Below are positions 25,067 through 35,917 of a stretch of DNA of 64,000 nucleotides, piece by piece; within the stretch, counting starts at the first letter, position 1, and each line of letters starts with the position of its first letter. The notes under the pieces are model-generated. The model did not search any database. It saw only the letters and a program-made list of their open reading frames with translations, and was not told the origin of the DNA. Made by a program: the position numbers and the translations under genes. This DNA is from Dendrobates tinctorius (lineage: Eukaryota), in NCBI RefSeq assembly GCF_039654945.1, contig NW_027361727.1:26412001-26476000 (forward strand). The letters are read 5' to 3'.

Positions 25067-25267
25067 TTGACAGACCCATGATGCAGTCGGTCCAGGTCCA
25101 AGAGTCTTCCCCCTGGCAACCCTACTGCGCAGCTAAATGGTTCCAGGCATGGAGCAGAGGAGGTAAACCCTTTCTTGTCCTTCTTGTGCTTCAACCCCTT
25201 ACATTAGTAGCAAGAGTAGGCATTTATATAGGTACACTTTAAACATCTGTCGGATGTTTTGCTGGAT

Positions 25268-26829
25268 TAGTATGGCCCCATGTGGGATCAGTATGGTCCA
25301 ATGTGGGATCAGTATGGTCCAATGTGGGATCAGTATGGCTCAATGTAGGATCAGTATGGTCCAATGTGGGATCAGTATGGTCCAATGTGGGATCAGTATG
25401 GTCCAATGTGGGATCAGTATGGCCCAATGTAGGATCAGTATGGTCCAATATAGGATCAGTATGGTCCAATGTGGGATCAGTATGGCCCAATGTGGGATCA
25501 GCATGGTCCAATGTGGGATCAGTATGGTCTAATGTGGGATCAGTATGGTCCAATGTAGGATCAGTATGGTCCAATATAGGATCAGTATGGTCCAATGTAG
25601 GATCAGTATGGCCCAATGTGGGATCAGTATGGCCCAATGTGGGATCAGTATGGCCCAATGTGGGATCAGTATGGTCCAATGTAGGATCAGTATGGTCCAG
25701 TGTAGGATCAGTATGGTCCAAGGTAGGATCAGTATGGTCCAATGTGGGATCAGTATGGCCCAATGTGGGATCAGTATGGTCTAATGTGGGATCAGTATGG
25801 TCTAATGTGGGATCAATATGGTCCAATGTGGGATCAGTATGGCCCAATGTGGAATCAATATGGCCCAATGTGGGATCAGTATGGCCCAATGTGGGATCAG
25901 TATAGTCTAATGTGGGATCAGTATGGTCCAATGTGGGATCAGTTTGGTCCAATGTGGGATCAGTATGGTCCAATGTGGGATCAGTATGGTTGAATGTGGG
26001 ATCAATATGGCCCAATGTGGGATCAGTATGGTCAAATGTGGGATCAGTATGGCCCAATGTGGGATCAGTATGGTCTAATGTGGGATCTGTATGGTCTAAT
26101 GTGGGATCAGTTTGGTCCAATCTGGGATCAGTATGGTCCAATGTGGGATCAGTATGGTCCAATGTGGGATCAGTATGGTCCAATGTGGGATCAGTATGGC
26201 CCAATGTGGGATCAGTATGGTCTAATGTGGGATCAGTATGGTCTAATGTGGGATCAGTATGGTCTAATGTGGGATCAGTTTGGTCCAATCTGGGATCAGT
26301 ATGGTCCAATGTGGGATCAGTATGGTCCAATGTGGGATCAGTATGGTCCAATGTGGGATCAGTATGGTCCAATGTGGGATCAGTATGGCTCAATGTGGGA
26401 TCAGTATTGTCTAATGTGGGATCAGTATGGTCCAATGTGGGATCAGTATGGTCCAATGTGGGATCAGTATTGCTCAATGTGGGATCAGTATGGTCCAATG
26501 TGGGATCAGTATTGTCTAATGTGGGATCAGTATGGTCCAATGTGGGATCAGTATGGTCCAATGTGGGATCAGTATTGCTCAATGTGGGATCAGTATGGTC
26601 CAATGTGGGATCAGTATGGTCTAATGTGGGATCAGTATGGTCCAATGTGGGATCAGTATGGTCCAATGTGGGATCAGTATGGTCCAATGTGGGATCAGTA
26701 TGGTCCAATGTGGGATCAGTATGGTGTAATGTGGGATCAGTATGGTGTAATGTGGGATCAGTATGGTCCAATGTGGGATCAGTATGGTGTAATGTGGGAT
26801 CAGTATGGTGTAATGTGGGATCAGTATGG
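25268..26829. repeat. 21-bp minisatellite (~74 copies)
   Basis: Unit ATGTGGGATCAGTATGGTCCA. Confidence 0.98.
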
Positions 26830-27904
26830 GTACTATTGTTGACACTTTGAGGGTAACTCTGGATATTAAAAAGTGTTCAATGTATAGTACAATGTAGTGA
26901 AATAATGGTACTATCTAGTGACAATATGGCTATATATAGGCTAATTAAGATATTATGTGGGCGCTGTTTAACTTTTTGTGAGAAGTCATCAGAGAAAATG
27001 AGATCTCCTTTGAAGTATGCAGCTTTCTTTGCTGAACGCCATAGGATACATTGACCTTAGGAAGCTTTGTTGGTCGTTTTGATGGAGGTGTTTAGAAAAG
27101 GGTATGCTATATCTACATAAAAATGCTTTAGTGACTATTTACATGCAAATTAGTGACGCCACATCCCGATGAACTAAGGACAGAAAAAAAATTCCGACGC
27201 ATCACTTGACACACTTTATAGAGCACCAAATATCCAAGCTATCCTACGGATGGTGGCATTATTATGTAGTTCAGCCAGCGGCATGCATTTCCTATTTCCA
27301 TAATGCAGCAGTCTGTATCGGGCGCCATATAAAAGTTATGATGTACACTTGAAACATAATCCGGATAAAAAAGAAGCCGTTGATTGTGAATGTATCATCC
27401 ACTCAGATCAATAGGGACAATCTTTTCAAATTTCGTTTCAGCAATGTGGTGAAGTTCTACACATAGTAAATGAAATTAGAGTACAATCTGGAGAGCTCCG
27501 CATATTGTTTACTTCAAAACAAGAGAATAATCTAAAGATGTGAGAGGGATAAAGCCGGCAGTGGGGCATTAAAAGCGCTTTTGATCTATTTCGGTTAATA
27601 CTCCCGCAGCATTGTACATTAATTATACTGAAGCCTCAAATGCTTTGGAAAAAAATAAAAATTACAGTGGACATTTTTATAGTATTGAAACTCTGAATAT
27701 TTATGGCATTTTCTTCGCTGCACAAATAAATAATAGTTTGAAGAATCAACCATTTTTTAAGCGTCTTCCGTCAACCTTACTAAAAATTTTGGTAAGTGCG
27801 ACCATCTCACACAATTTCATTACATTATTGCAACACCCACAATAGATTGAAATTCACATTACAACAATAGGGTGGTTAGATATAAACACATATGACATAA
27901 ACAT

Positions 27905-28166
27905 TAGGAATGAGAGGACCCGTGGAAGTTCGTGTTCTGTATCCGACCGAACTTTTCCTCCAAAGTTTTTTTCGGGTACCAGAACTTAACCTGAATTGGA
28001 ACACGCCCCCGAATTCCATTGAAATGTATGAGGACGCAAACTTCGAAGCCGGAAATTATTCTCTCTCTCCCTCCTCCTGAACTTCCCCCCAGAACTCCGA
28101 ACATTAAAGCAAACTTTTTGCTGGGTACGAACCCCTAACTTTTAAGTGCGGGTCCACTCATCTCTA
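27905..28166. mobile_element. hAT MITE
   Basis: TAGGAATGAG...CTCATCTCTA TIRs and a perfect 8-bp TSD ATAAACAT. Confidence 0.88.
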
Positions 28167-28216
28167 ATAAACATCTCTTGGCAGAGTATCACAAAGTCTT
28201 TTTTTTAAATTAGAAC

Positions 28217-28452
28217 TAGGGATGAGCGGACCCTTGGAAATTTGTGTTCTGGTACCCAACACAAACTTTATTCCAAAGTTCGGTTCGGGGAACCAAAACT
28301 CTGCCCGAATATGAACAAGATCCCAAACTCCATTGAAAATAAACTTTTGATTAGGAAAATTCTCTCTCTCTCCTCCCGGACTTCCCTCGGAACTCCAAAC
28401 ATTGCAACAGACTTCCGAGAGAAGTCCATGTTCGGCATTTAGCACCGGACAC
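28217..28452. mobile_element. hAT MITE (left part), interrupted by a Harbinger MITE
   Basis: Begins TAGGGATGAGCGGACCC; internal sequence is similar to 27905-28166. Confidence 0.7.
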
Positions 28453-28455
28453 TAA

Positions 28456-28651
28456 GGCTGGGGTCAGATTTGCGAGAAACTCGGACGAGTTTCGCACGCC
28501 AATATCCGGCACTGCTGCCGGCACTCGGGACCGGAGTGTGCGGCTGCATGTCTTTCTATTCATCCGCACACTCCAGTCCCAAGTGCCGTCAGCAGTGCCG
28601 GGTAATGACGTGCAATACTCGTCCGAGTTTCTCGCAAATCTGACCCCAGCC
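28456..28651. mobile_element. PIF/Harbinger MITE (196 bp)
   Basis: ~35-bp perfect TIR GGCTGGGGTCAGATTTGCGAGAAACTCGGACGAGT and a TAA TSD. Confidence 0.9.
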
Positions 28652-28676
28652 TAACTGTCCTGTGTGATCTAGTCAT

Positions 28677-28920
28677 TAGAGATGAGCGATCCCAAATCGG
28701 TGCTGAACTCTGGACACCAACTTCTCCTTAAAGTCCATTTTACAGTTCAGGAAGGAGAGAGAGAGAGAGAGAGAGAGAGAAGAATTTTCAGGCTACAACG
28801 TTTGGATCACCATTTACTTTTATGGGGTTCAGGTTCAAGTTCTGGTAACTGAACCGAATTTTGAACTGAAGTTTAGTTGAACCTGACAAACCCAAACTTC
28901 CACGTGTCCAATCGTCCCTC
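28677..28920. mobile_element. hAT MITE containing a (GA)n run
   Basis: TAGAGATGAGCG start and an 8-bp TSD CTAGTCAT on both sides. Confidence 0.85.
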
Positions 28921-29120
28921 CTAGTCATCTCCCACCACTGATTTCAGGACTGGTTAAACCGAGAGTAAATTAAGAAAGGACATATCAGTATTAACTAGTA
29001 TATTCACCATCAAAACTCTAATGGAGGTATTCTTCTAAATTCTTAAGGTATAAATGTCTCTAGTTACAAATGTTTCAGCCTTTGAGATTTTGGAATAGAT
29101 ACTATATTGTCTTTAGCCAA

Positions 29121-29420
29121 GAGGGGCAATTCCCCGAAACAGCTGTCTGTGGATGGATACCATGTTTTGGCATAGGTGGTTTCCTTCATTGGAGACTGCC
29201 CTTCCCGTGGTTGTTCCTTCCCGGTGAAAGACCTGGCTTGTCTTTGCTTGCATTGAGAAACATGTGATGGTGTCTCCGCGGCTCTTGATTTACATGTTTT
29301 TGCATATTTCCCATAAGGGATGGGGGCAATGCTCTAGCATCAATGCGTTGAGAAACATGTGATGGTGTCTCCGCAGTGTTGGATGTTGATCTCCATGAGT
29401 TCATTCATCCTCACTTTTCT
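29121..29420 (+). mobile_element. 5'-truncated retrozyme/Penelope-like repeat with a partial hammerhead motif
   Basis: GA-GGGG-caatt-CCCC-GAAA-CAGCTG-TC (stem II, GAAA, palindromic stem III, GUC), but no CUGA core. Contains an internal duplication of ttgagaaacatgtgatggtgtctccgc and a TTTGCAT motif. Confidence 0.6.
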
Positions 29421-30565
29421 TAGTCACCGGTGTGGTCATCACTAGGCCATCTGCAATGTATTCTAGCGCCCTGTATCCTTGGTGTCTCTTCTGATAACCA
29501 GGACACATTATGACGTTTGGCAACATCATGGCTTGTGTCGTGTAAATTCATTACATCATAGTCTAATCCACAAAGGAAACACCAAGGATGCTGAGCACCA
29601 GAATATAAAAAGAGAAGATGGCCCAATAAAGACCACATTGATTACCAGACTGAAGAAGACAATCAGACTGGAGCAGGGCTGCACCGCGAGGCGAGTCAGT
29701 GCTGATGGAGGATATATTTTTTTGAGCATATCATAATATCCATTTAATTCTCATTGATTAAATTCAATGGACATTGAATTTCTTGACCAAATTTGAATAA
29801 ACGTACAGATTTGAATTTCAACACATTCCTTCGTCACTAGCTCCGACCTTTGCTATAAGTGTTAGGTCCCCCATACAAATTAGACCTCTTCCAAACAGCA
29901 AGAAAATGGAGCAGTGACATCACGCACGTCAGCAGATTCCACCCACTTTTACTGTAGTCGTAAAGCAAGCTAGGAGGAAGTTAGGCTTTAATGAAAAATT
30001 TGAGCAGCTGCTCCCCCTTGTGTTTAAAGGTAGAGAATATCCAACATTTTAAACTTATTTTTCATATTTTATACCATAAAAAATGTTAGCATATAAAAAG
30101 AAAACATTAATATTTTATATTTTTCTAATAGTCGAAAACAAAAATCAGTCATCTGAGATCAAAGGATTAGGCCAACGGTCTATTGTGTATGGAGGCTTTG
30201 GCTGACTGATGGTCAGGAGAGATGTCAATTGCGCATGTCCAATTTTAGACTTCGAATTTCTTTTTCCTACTGGAGATAACCCACCTGCTGACATGCCAGC
30301 CCGGGGTTTTCACATAGAGAACATGGAGGGTTCGGCCAAACGAGTACTTCTGTTTATGGGAGAGACGACTGAGATGACTGTCAAGTGTCAACCAAATGAT
30401 TGACCAAAGCATCGTTCAGCCGACAGCTAACTATTGTGTATGGCCGGCTTTAGTTGTGTCCTCGGTCCAGAGTTTCAAATCTTGAGAACTCCGCTCATGT
30501 TAGTGTAGAAATGATCAACATCATATTTATTGGTCATTTATTCCCATCAATATAAAGATACTTTT

Positions 30566-30964
30566 CCAAGTGAAAGAGGAAATTCGGCACTGCTGTGTCT
30601 CCCTTAGTATAGTCCCGTGATTAAGGTGCAAATTCACACACCTGGACTGTGCGCCATTCTACCTTTTGGAACGGGTGCTCAATCCAGCAGATGCACAAGA
30701 CTGTATCATAAAAAGGAAGAAAGGATGGCACTCACCATTCTGTCATGATGATTTTTATTGGATAAAAGCATAGGCTTGGGAGAGATGTGCAAGGTGTGGA
30801 CAACGGCCGTTTCACGCACTTGCGCTTCAACAGGACCCATTGAAGCGCAAGTGCGTGAAACGGCCGTTGTCCACACCTTGTACATCTCTCCCGAGCTTAT
30901 GCTTTTTATCCAATAAAAATCATCGCAACAGAACGGTGAGTGCCATCCTTACTTCCTTTTTATG
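30566..30964. mobile_element. Penelope-like inverted-duplication insertion centred on a degenerate hammerhead
   Basis: 14-bp flanking duplication ATAAAGATACTTTT (30552-30565 and 30965-30978). ~127-bp arms at 30704-30830 / 30840-30967. CTGTTGA-AGCGC-aagt-GCGT-GAAA-CGGCCG-TT at the centre, and AATAAA in the arms. Confidence 0.8.
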
Positions 30965-31702
30965 ATAAAGATACTTTTTATTACCTGAAGCACTGAGCAG
31001 ATAGACCGACGTAAGACCAATGTGATACATGAGATGACATGTCAAATAGAACTTACAGCCACAACAAGATGAAATCATTTAGTTGTAATCCTCAAGAATT
31101 CACTTTGTTTTGTTCTTCAGATGAATTGACCCCCGACTTATATACTTTATATCATCAGAGGAATACCAATAAAGGGGAATATCACTGTGTGTAACCCAAT
31201 CAATATCCCTCTGCCAGACGTACCATGTCTTCGTCAATATCTTGACGTATTTCTTCATCTGCAAAGTTCCATAAGTGCAGGCGAGAAGGGTAATTGGTCT
31301 TTGTTGTAAATTCTGTATTTTCACTGTATACTGAATTGTTGGGTCTCATTATAGAGGTATTCGGAGATTCTGCGCACACAAGAGTAGTGGCTGCAACAGT
31401 AAATCTTCAAGCCGATGGGGTGATTTATAGAAAAGCATCAGTATCTTTCCTTATTAAAGCTACAGAAGCAGCAGAAGAAGAAAAACTTATTGATGCTGAC
31501 ATTCCATAGACTTTCACATATTCATACAATTATAATTACTGCATAGCACTAAAAAATTCGATATCTTGCAATTTTCACACTGACCGCTGGGGATATTGTA
31601 GACTCTTATTTCCTGTTCTAAGGAAATCTACAATGTACATTAGCAACAGAAGACTGACTGATCCCATCTGTTATATAGAAACTTCTCATGTTATGTGTTA
31701 TT

Positions 31703-32375
31703 AGTCATTGTACAGGAGGAGGAGGTGAGCTGTGACATCACCTATTGTGACTGGTGGATCCTGTGTTATACTGTATATACCTGTGTTGTCAGTCATTGTA
31801 CAGGAGGAGGAGGTGAGCTGTGACATCACCTATTGTGAATGGTGGATCCTGTATTTTCTACTGTATATAGAGGTGTTACCAGTCATTGCACAGAAGGAGG
31901 AGGTGAGCAGTGACATCACCTATTGTGACTGGTGGATCCTGTGTCATCTACTGTATATAGAGGTGTTATCAGTCATTGTACAGGAGGAGGAGGTGAGCTG
32001 TGACATCACCTATTGTGAATGGTGGATCCTGTGTTATACTGTATATAGCTGTGTTATCAGTCATTGTACAGGAGGAGGAGGAGGTGAGCTGTGACATCAC
32101 CTATTGTGAATGGTGAATCCTGTGTTATCTACTGAATATAAAGGTGCTATCAGTCTTTGTACAGGTTGTACAGGAGGAGGAGGTGAGCTGTGATATCACC
32201 TATTGTGAATGGTGGATCCAGTGTTATCCACTGTACATAGAGGTGTTATGAGTCAATGTACAGGAGGAGGAGGTGAGCTGTAACATCACCTATTATGAAT
32301 GGTGGATCCTGTGTTATCTACTGTATATAGAGGTGTTATCAGTCATTGTACAGGAGGAGGAGGTGAGCTGTGAGC
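31703..32375. repeat. ~90-bp tandem repeat (~7 copies)
   Basis: Unit agtcattgtacaggaggaggaggtgagctgtgacatcacctattgtgaatggtggatcctgtg... Confidence 0.93.
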
Positions 32376-32394
32376 TGTCAAGACTGGCATGTCA

Positions 32395-32469
32395 AACCAG
32401 ATCTCACACTTTGCACTGATGAAGGGTAATGATCCCGAAACACAGTGTCTGCAAATTGAGATTCTGGTT
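32395..32469 (+). ncRNA. Type I hammerhead ribozyme (canonical core), retrozyme/PLE-type
   Basis: Stem I TTTGCA/TGCAAA, extended by aaccagatctca/tgagattctggtt; CTGATGA at 32416-22; stem II GGG/CCC; GAAA at 32437-40; minimal stem III CAC-A-GTG; GUC cleavage site at 32449. Confidence 0.85.
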
Positions 32470-32854
32470 CAGCTTTAATCTTAAATCATATGGCAAGGCT
32501 CGTTAAAGGGTCGATATTGACTTTTAGGATTGCTACATCCTATGGGTGGCACTAGAATTCTTTTGTATAAACACGTATATTTAAGCACATTCCCTAATCT
32601 GACTTTTTTCCTTTTCCCCCTGTTTTTCTCATTCCCTAGAAGCTGATCCCTTCGCTCAGTAGTATTTGGTATCTCCCACACAGTGAATATCCTGATACTG
32701 GCGAGTGTCAGGCTGCTGCCGCTTTATGTATAAGCCCCTATTTTTGTAACAGATGCTTACTTCACTTTCCCTCTTATTAACTATATATGCTGCAGAATAA
32801 GTCAGTGCCATATAAATAGCAATTATTATTATTACTATTATTGGCACTTTCAGG

Positions 32855-33345
32855 CCCCTTGAAGAAGGAAGGTCCGAAACGCGCATCGGGGTGGACGTGC
32901 TCATCCTTGGTGTGTGGCACGCTCCCTAACTGCTACAGACCTCTATGGTAAATACTTTGCTTTACTGGGTAATGTCCTGTTTAGCTGCACATATGAGGAA
33001 TACGGGAGTCTGTTAGCAGACACTAGGGTTTGATTGCCTATGTATATGCCAGTTTAGATAAATTTTGGGTAATATCCCGTGTTATTTCATATATATGGCT
33101 ATACATTTGTGCCTGTTTAAACTACCTGTGGATTTGTATCTATGTAATTATGATTGGGTAGTTGTGTATTGATATATTATGTATATACACGTCATGCCTG
33201 GATGAGTACGTCTCTTTGTGCTTGTGTACAACCGCACCAGTAAGAGTTTTTTCTATTCCTTTTCCCCTATCTATTTGGCACTATGGATTTTATGTATTTT
33301 CTACATAAATAAAAATTTTTGATATTATTCTGATATTGGCCTTTT
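32855..33345 (+). mobile_element. Penelope-like pseudo-LTR remnant starting with a minimal hammerhead (32855-32892)
   Basis: CCCC-TTGAAGA-aGGA-agg-TCC-GAAA-CGCGC-ATC-GGGG, followed by an AT-rich region with AATAAA near 33308. Confidence 0.6.
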
Positions 33346-34615
33346 AATCATTTTTTTCTTTGGAATGGATTTATATCGCTTTCTTTGCATTGTTGTGCGG
33401 CACATTTTATGTGCACTCTATATACGGTTTTTGCTCTTGCATTGCTCCTTTCAAACTTCAAGTTAGCGAATTTCTCAGCCGAGTCGTAATCTTTCTGTCG
33501 CTGACAACATTTTCTCGGTTGTCTTGTTGTAGATTTCACACAATGAGGCCAGAACTGATTAAATGAACCATCAAGTAGAAATGTGGGCATGTTGGTGCCA
33601 GGGGCAACACTTGGTTTTCTTCTAAGAAAGATGTACTGGCATCGCCCTCTGCGGAGAATTGTGTCAGCCAATTAAGTCCTGAGTTAATGGCTGCAGTGAA
33701 TTACATACGTTCATATTACATTCTGGATCGACATGGAAAGTTATTTTGCTGTTTTGTTTTCTTTACTTTTGTTTTTTTTATACAGAATCTTTAGGAATAT
33801 CCTGCTGACGGGTGAATCGTCATCGGTAGGGTTGGCATGATTGTTGGTATTGATAAGGAGAGAGTTAAATTAACCCTTCACGGTTGAGCCAGTGATTTCC
33901 AAATTATTCCAGTGTTGCTAGCAACTCAAATGACCACACGGAGACGGGGTCTCTGTACGGGAGGATCGAGGCAGATCACTAAGCCCCTTTATTTTAGTCA
34001 CATCTTTTATAATCTTTTGCTTAATTATGCAAGGTTCTCAAGTACCAATAGCATCATTTCACTTTTAAGCCAATAATATTGCAAGAAAACCGGAAACTAC
34101 ATATATGTCCGTATCCAAATAGAAAGTAGTATAATGGCATATTCAGAGCAATACACTCCCCCCCCCCCCGAGCCCCTTATCTTGCACCTGATGGAAGCAG
34201 TCTGGTTTCATGACAGGCCATGCCAATTATAAAAATTTATCTTACAACAACAAAAACGGAGAAACGAAACCTTACATTGAATGGATAAAACGAAACTTCA
34301 ACTCTGATTTTAGTATTAACCCTTAACAGTATTTCTTGCAGCCAAGAAATTTTCTTGTATAATTCTTGGTTATCTGAATAGGTATGTTGTAAGGTTCAGC
34401 AAAAAAGAATAGAAGGACCATTGTCCAGCCCCTGCTTTGGTAATCCGGTTGCTGGACCACAACCCTACCTCTTACCTGCCGGCATCACTGGTATCTCTTC
34501 TGATTAGTAGGCTTGGGGTTGTATCATCATTTTTGTCATGCATTTTGTCAGGTCTACTAATTAGAAGAGGCACTGGGAATGCTAGGAACTAGGAGGAAGT
34601 TTTTAGGGTCCTGGA

Positions 34616-34867
34616 TAGAGATGAGTGAACCTGAACTGTAGAGTTTATGGTTCGTACCAGACACCTAGTGCCCAGTGCTGAACTCCAAACACGTCTCCTT
34701 GAAGTCCGTTTTACAGTACGGGAAGTTCAGGGACAGAGAGATTTTCCAGCTTCAAAGTTCAGGTAAGGTTCAGATTCAGGTTCAAGTTCTGGAACCTGAA
34801 CCGAGCATTGAATTAAAGTTCAGTCAACCTTGATGAACCCGATCTTCCATGTGTCCGCTCATCCCTA
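34616..34867. mobile_element. hAT MITE
   Basis: TAGAGATGAG...CTCATCCCTA termini; TSD GTCCTGGA/GTTCTGGA. Confidence 0.85.
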
Positions 34868-34984
34868 GTTCTGGACTACCTATGTGGCCACTGGACCAGG
34901 GTTCTGCAAATCATTTTGCTCATCTGAGATAATTTGATTATGTCACTTGTTTAGTCTGATCGACAATGTGAATAGTGCAGCAAT

Positions 34985-35260
34985 TAGGGATGAGCGGACT
35001 CATGGAGGTTTGGGCTCTTTTACCCAACCAAACTTTAGTCCAAAGTTCGGTTTGGGTAGCAGAACTGTGCCCGAACCTGAACGTGAACCCCATTGAAATC
35101 ATAAGAACCCAAACTTTGGAGCTGGACTATTTATTTTCCTCTCCTTCCATGGCTCCTGTACATTAAAGAACTTCCAGGAGTAGTCCACATTCGAAGATCA
35201 GCACTGGACATTCGTACGGTACGAACGCCGAACTTCACAGTTCGGGTTTGCTGATTTCTA
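34985..35260. mobile_element. hAT MITE
   Basis: TAGGGATGAGCG...GCTGATTTCTA termini; degenerate TSD GCAGCAAT/ACAGCAGT. Confidence 0.75.
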
Positions 35261-35321
35261 ACAGCAGTGATAGCAATGGCCAGCGGGTACATGATATGTG
35301 ATTGATTGTGAATCAAACCAC

Positions 35322-35800
35322 TGTGAAAGGTCGACTCACTTAGCTACTCCTCGACGTAGACACATGTGGTTAAAGTCTCTTATTGCATCAAAAACCGAAA
35401 ACCCAAACTGGTAACAGAAAAACAGCCTGTCCGGCTCAAATGAAAGTAAAAAGTTCATGTACCGTCCTGCCCAGTTCCTCTGGCACAGCACGTATGGCAG
35501 CTCTCGCAGGAGCTAGCAGTCAGGAGGCTTCCTTTCCTCCACACATACAGACCGAGAAAAAAAACTAGTTGGATATTTAACTCCCACCAGCCACACCCTG
35601 GAGGTGGAGATACGGTGGGGAGGCGTCGCGCTCATCTCTGACCTACCCACCATGAAAGCTAGGCCCATATAGTGACTGGATTGCTCTTAGCACATATCAT
35701 GCTGGGGAAGACACTTATGGCTTTCACATCATGCAGGAAAGCAACCTTTGTGACACATACAGTATCTCCCCTCATGTATAACACCGGTGACCCTGTCACA
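35322..35800. mobile_element. Solo LTR (479 bp)
   Basis: TGTGAAAGG...CCTGTCACA termini and a 4-bp TSD CCAC. Confidence 0.85.
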
Positions 35801-35917
35801 CCACCTTTAGGCATTCTGCAAGTATGAATAAAATGGCTTTGGGTGGTAGAATCACTAATTAATGAGGCATAAATACGGGGGGGAACTCGGTTGGATTGTT
35901 GCGCAGGAACTCTTTAA

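Larger units (their letters stand above)
20850..25203 (-). mobile_element. Gag-only (pol-less) Gypsy-type LTR retrotransposon
   Basis: 3'LTR at 20850-21839 and 5'LTR at 23970-25203 (TGTAA...TTACA). PBS TGGCGTAGTTGGCAGGAT at 23950-23967 is complementary to the tRNA-Ser 3' end. PPT AAGAGAGGGGGAA at 21840-21852. The internal region is only ~2.1 kb. Both LTRs contain 18-bp internal repeats. Confidence 0.9.

Noticed and set aside
25268-26829. Shared ATCCCACAT between the 21-bp and 48-bp repeats, suggesting a common origin
   Set aside because: Only a 9-bp match; insufficient evidence.
25239-26850. 510-aa (DHTDPTL)n ORF and overlapping ORFs
   Set aside because: Translation of a 21-bp minisatellite, with no evidence of coding context.
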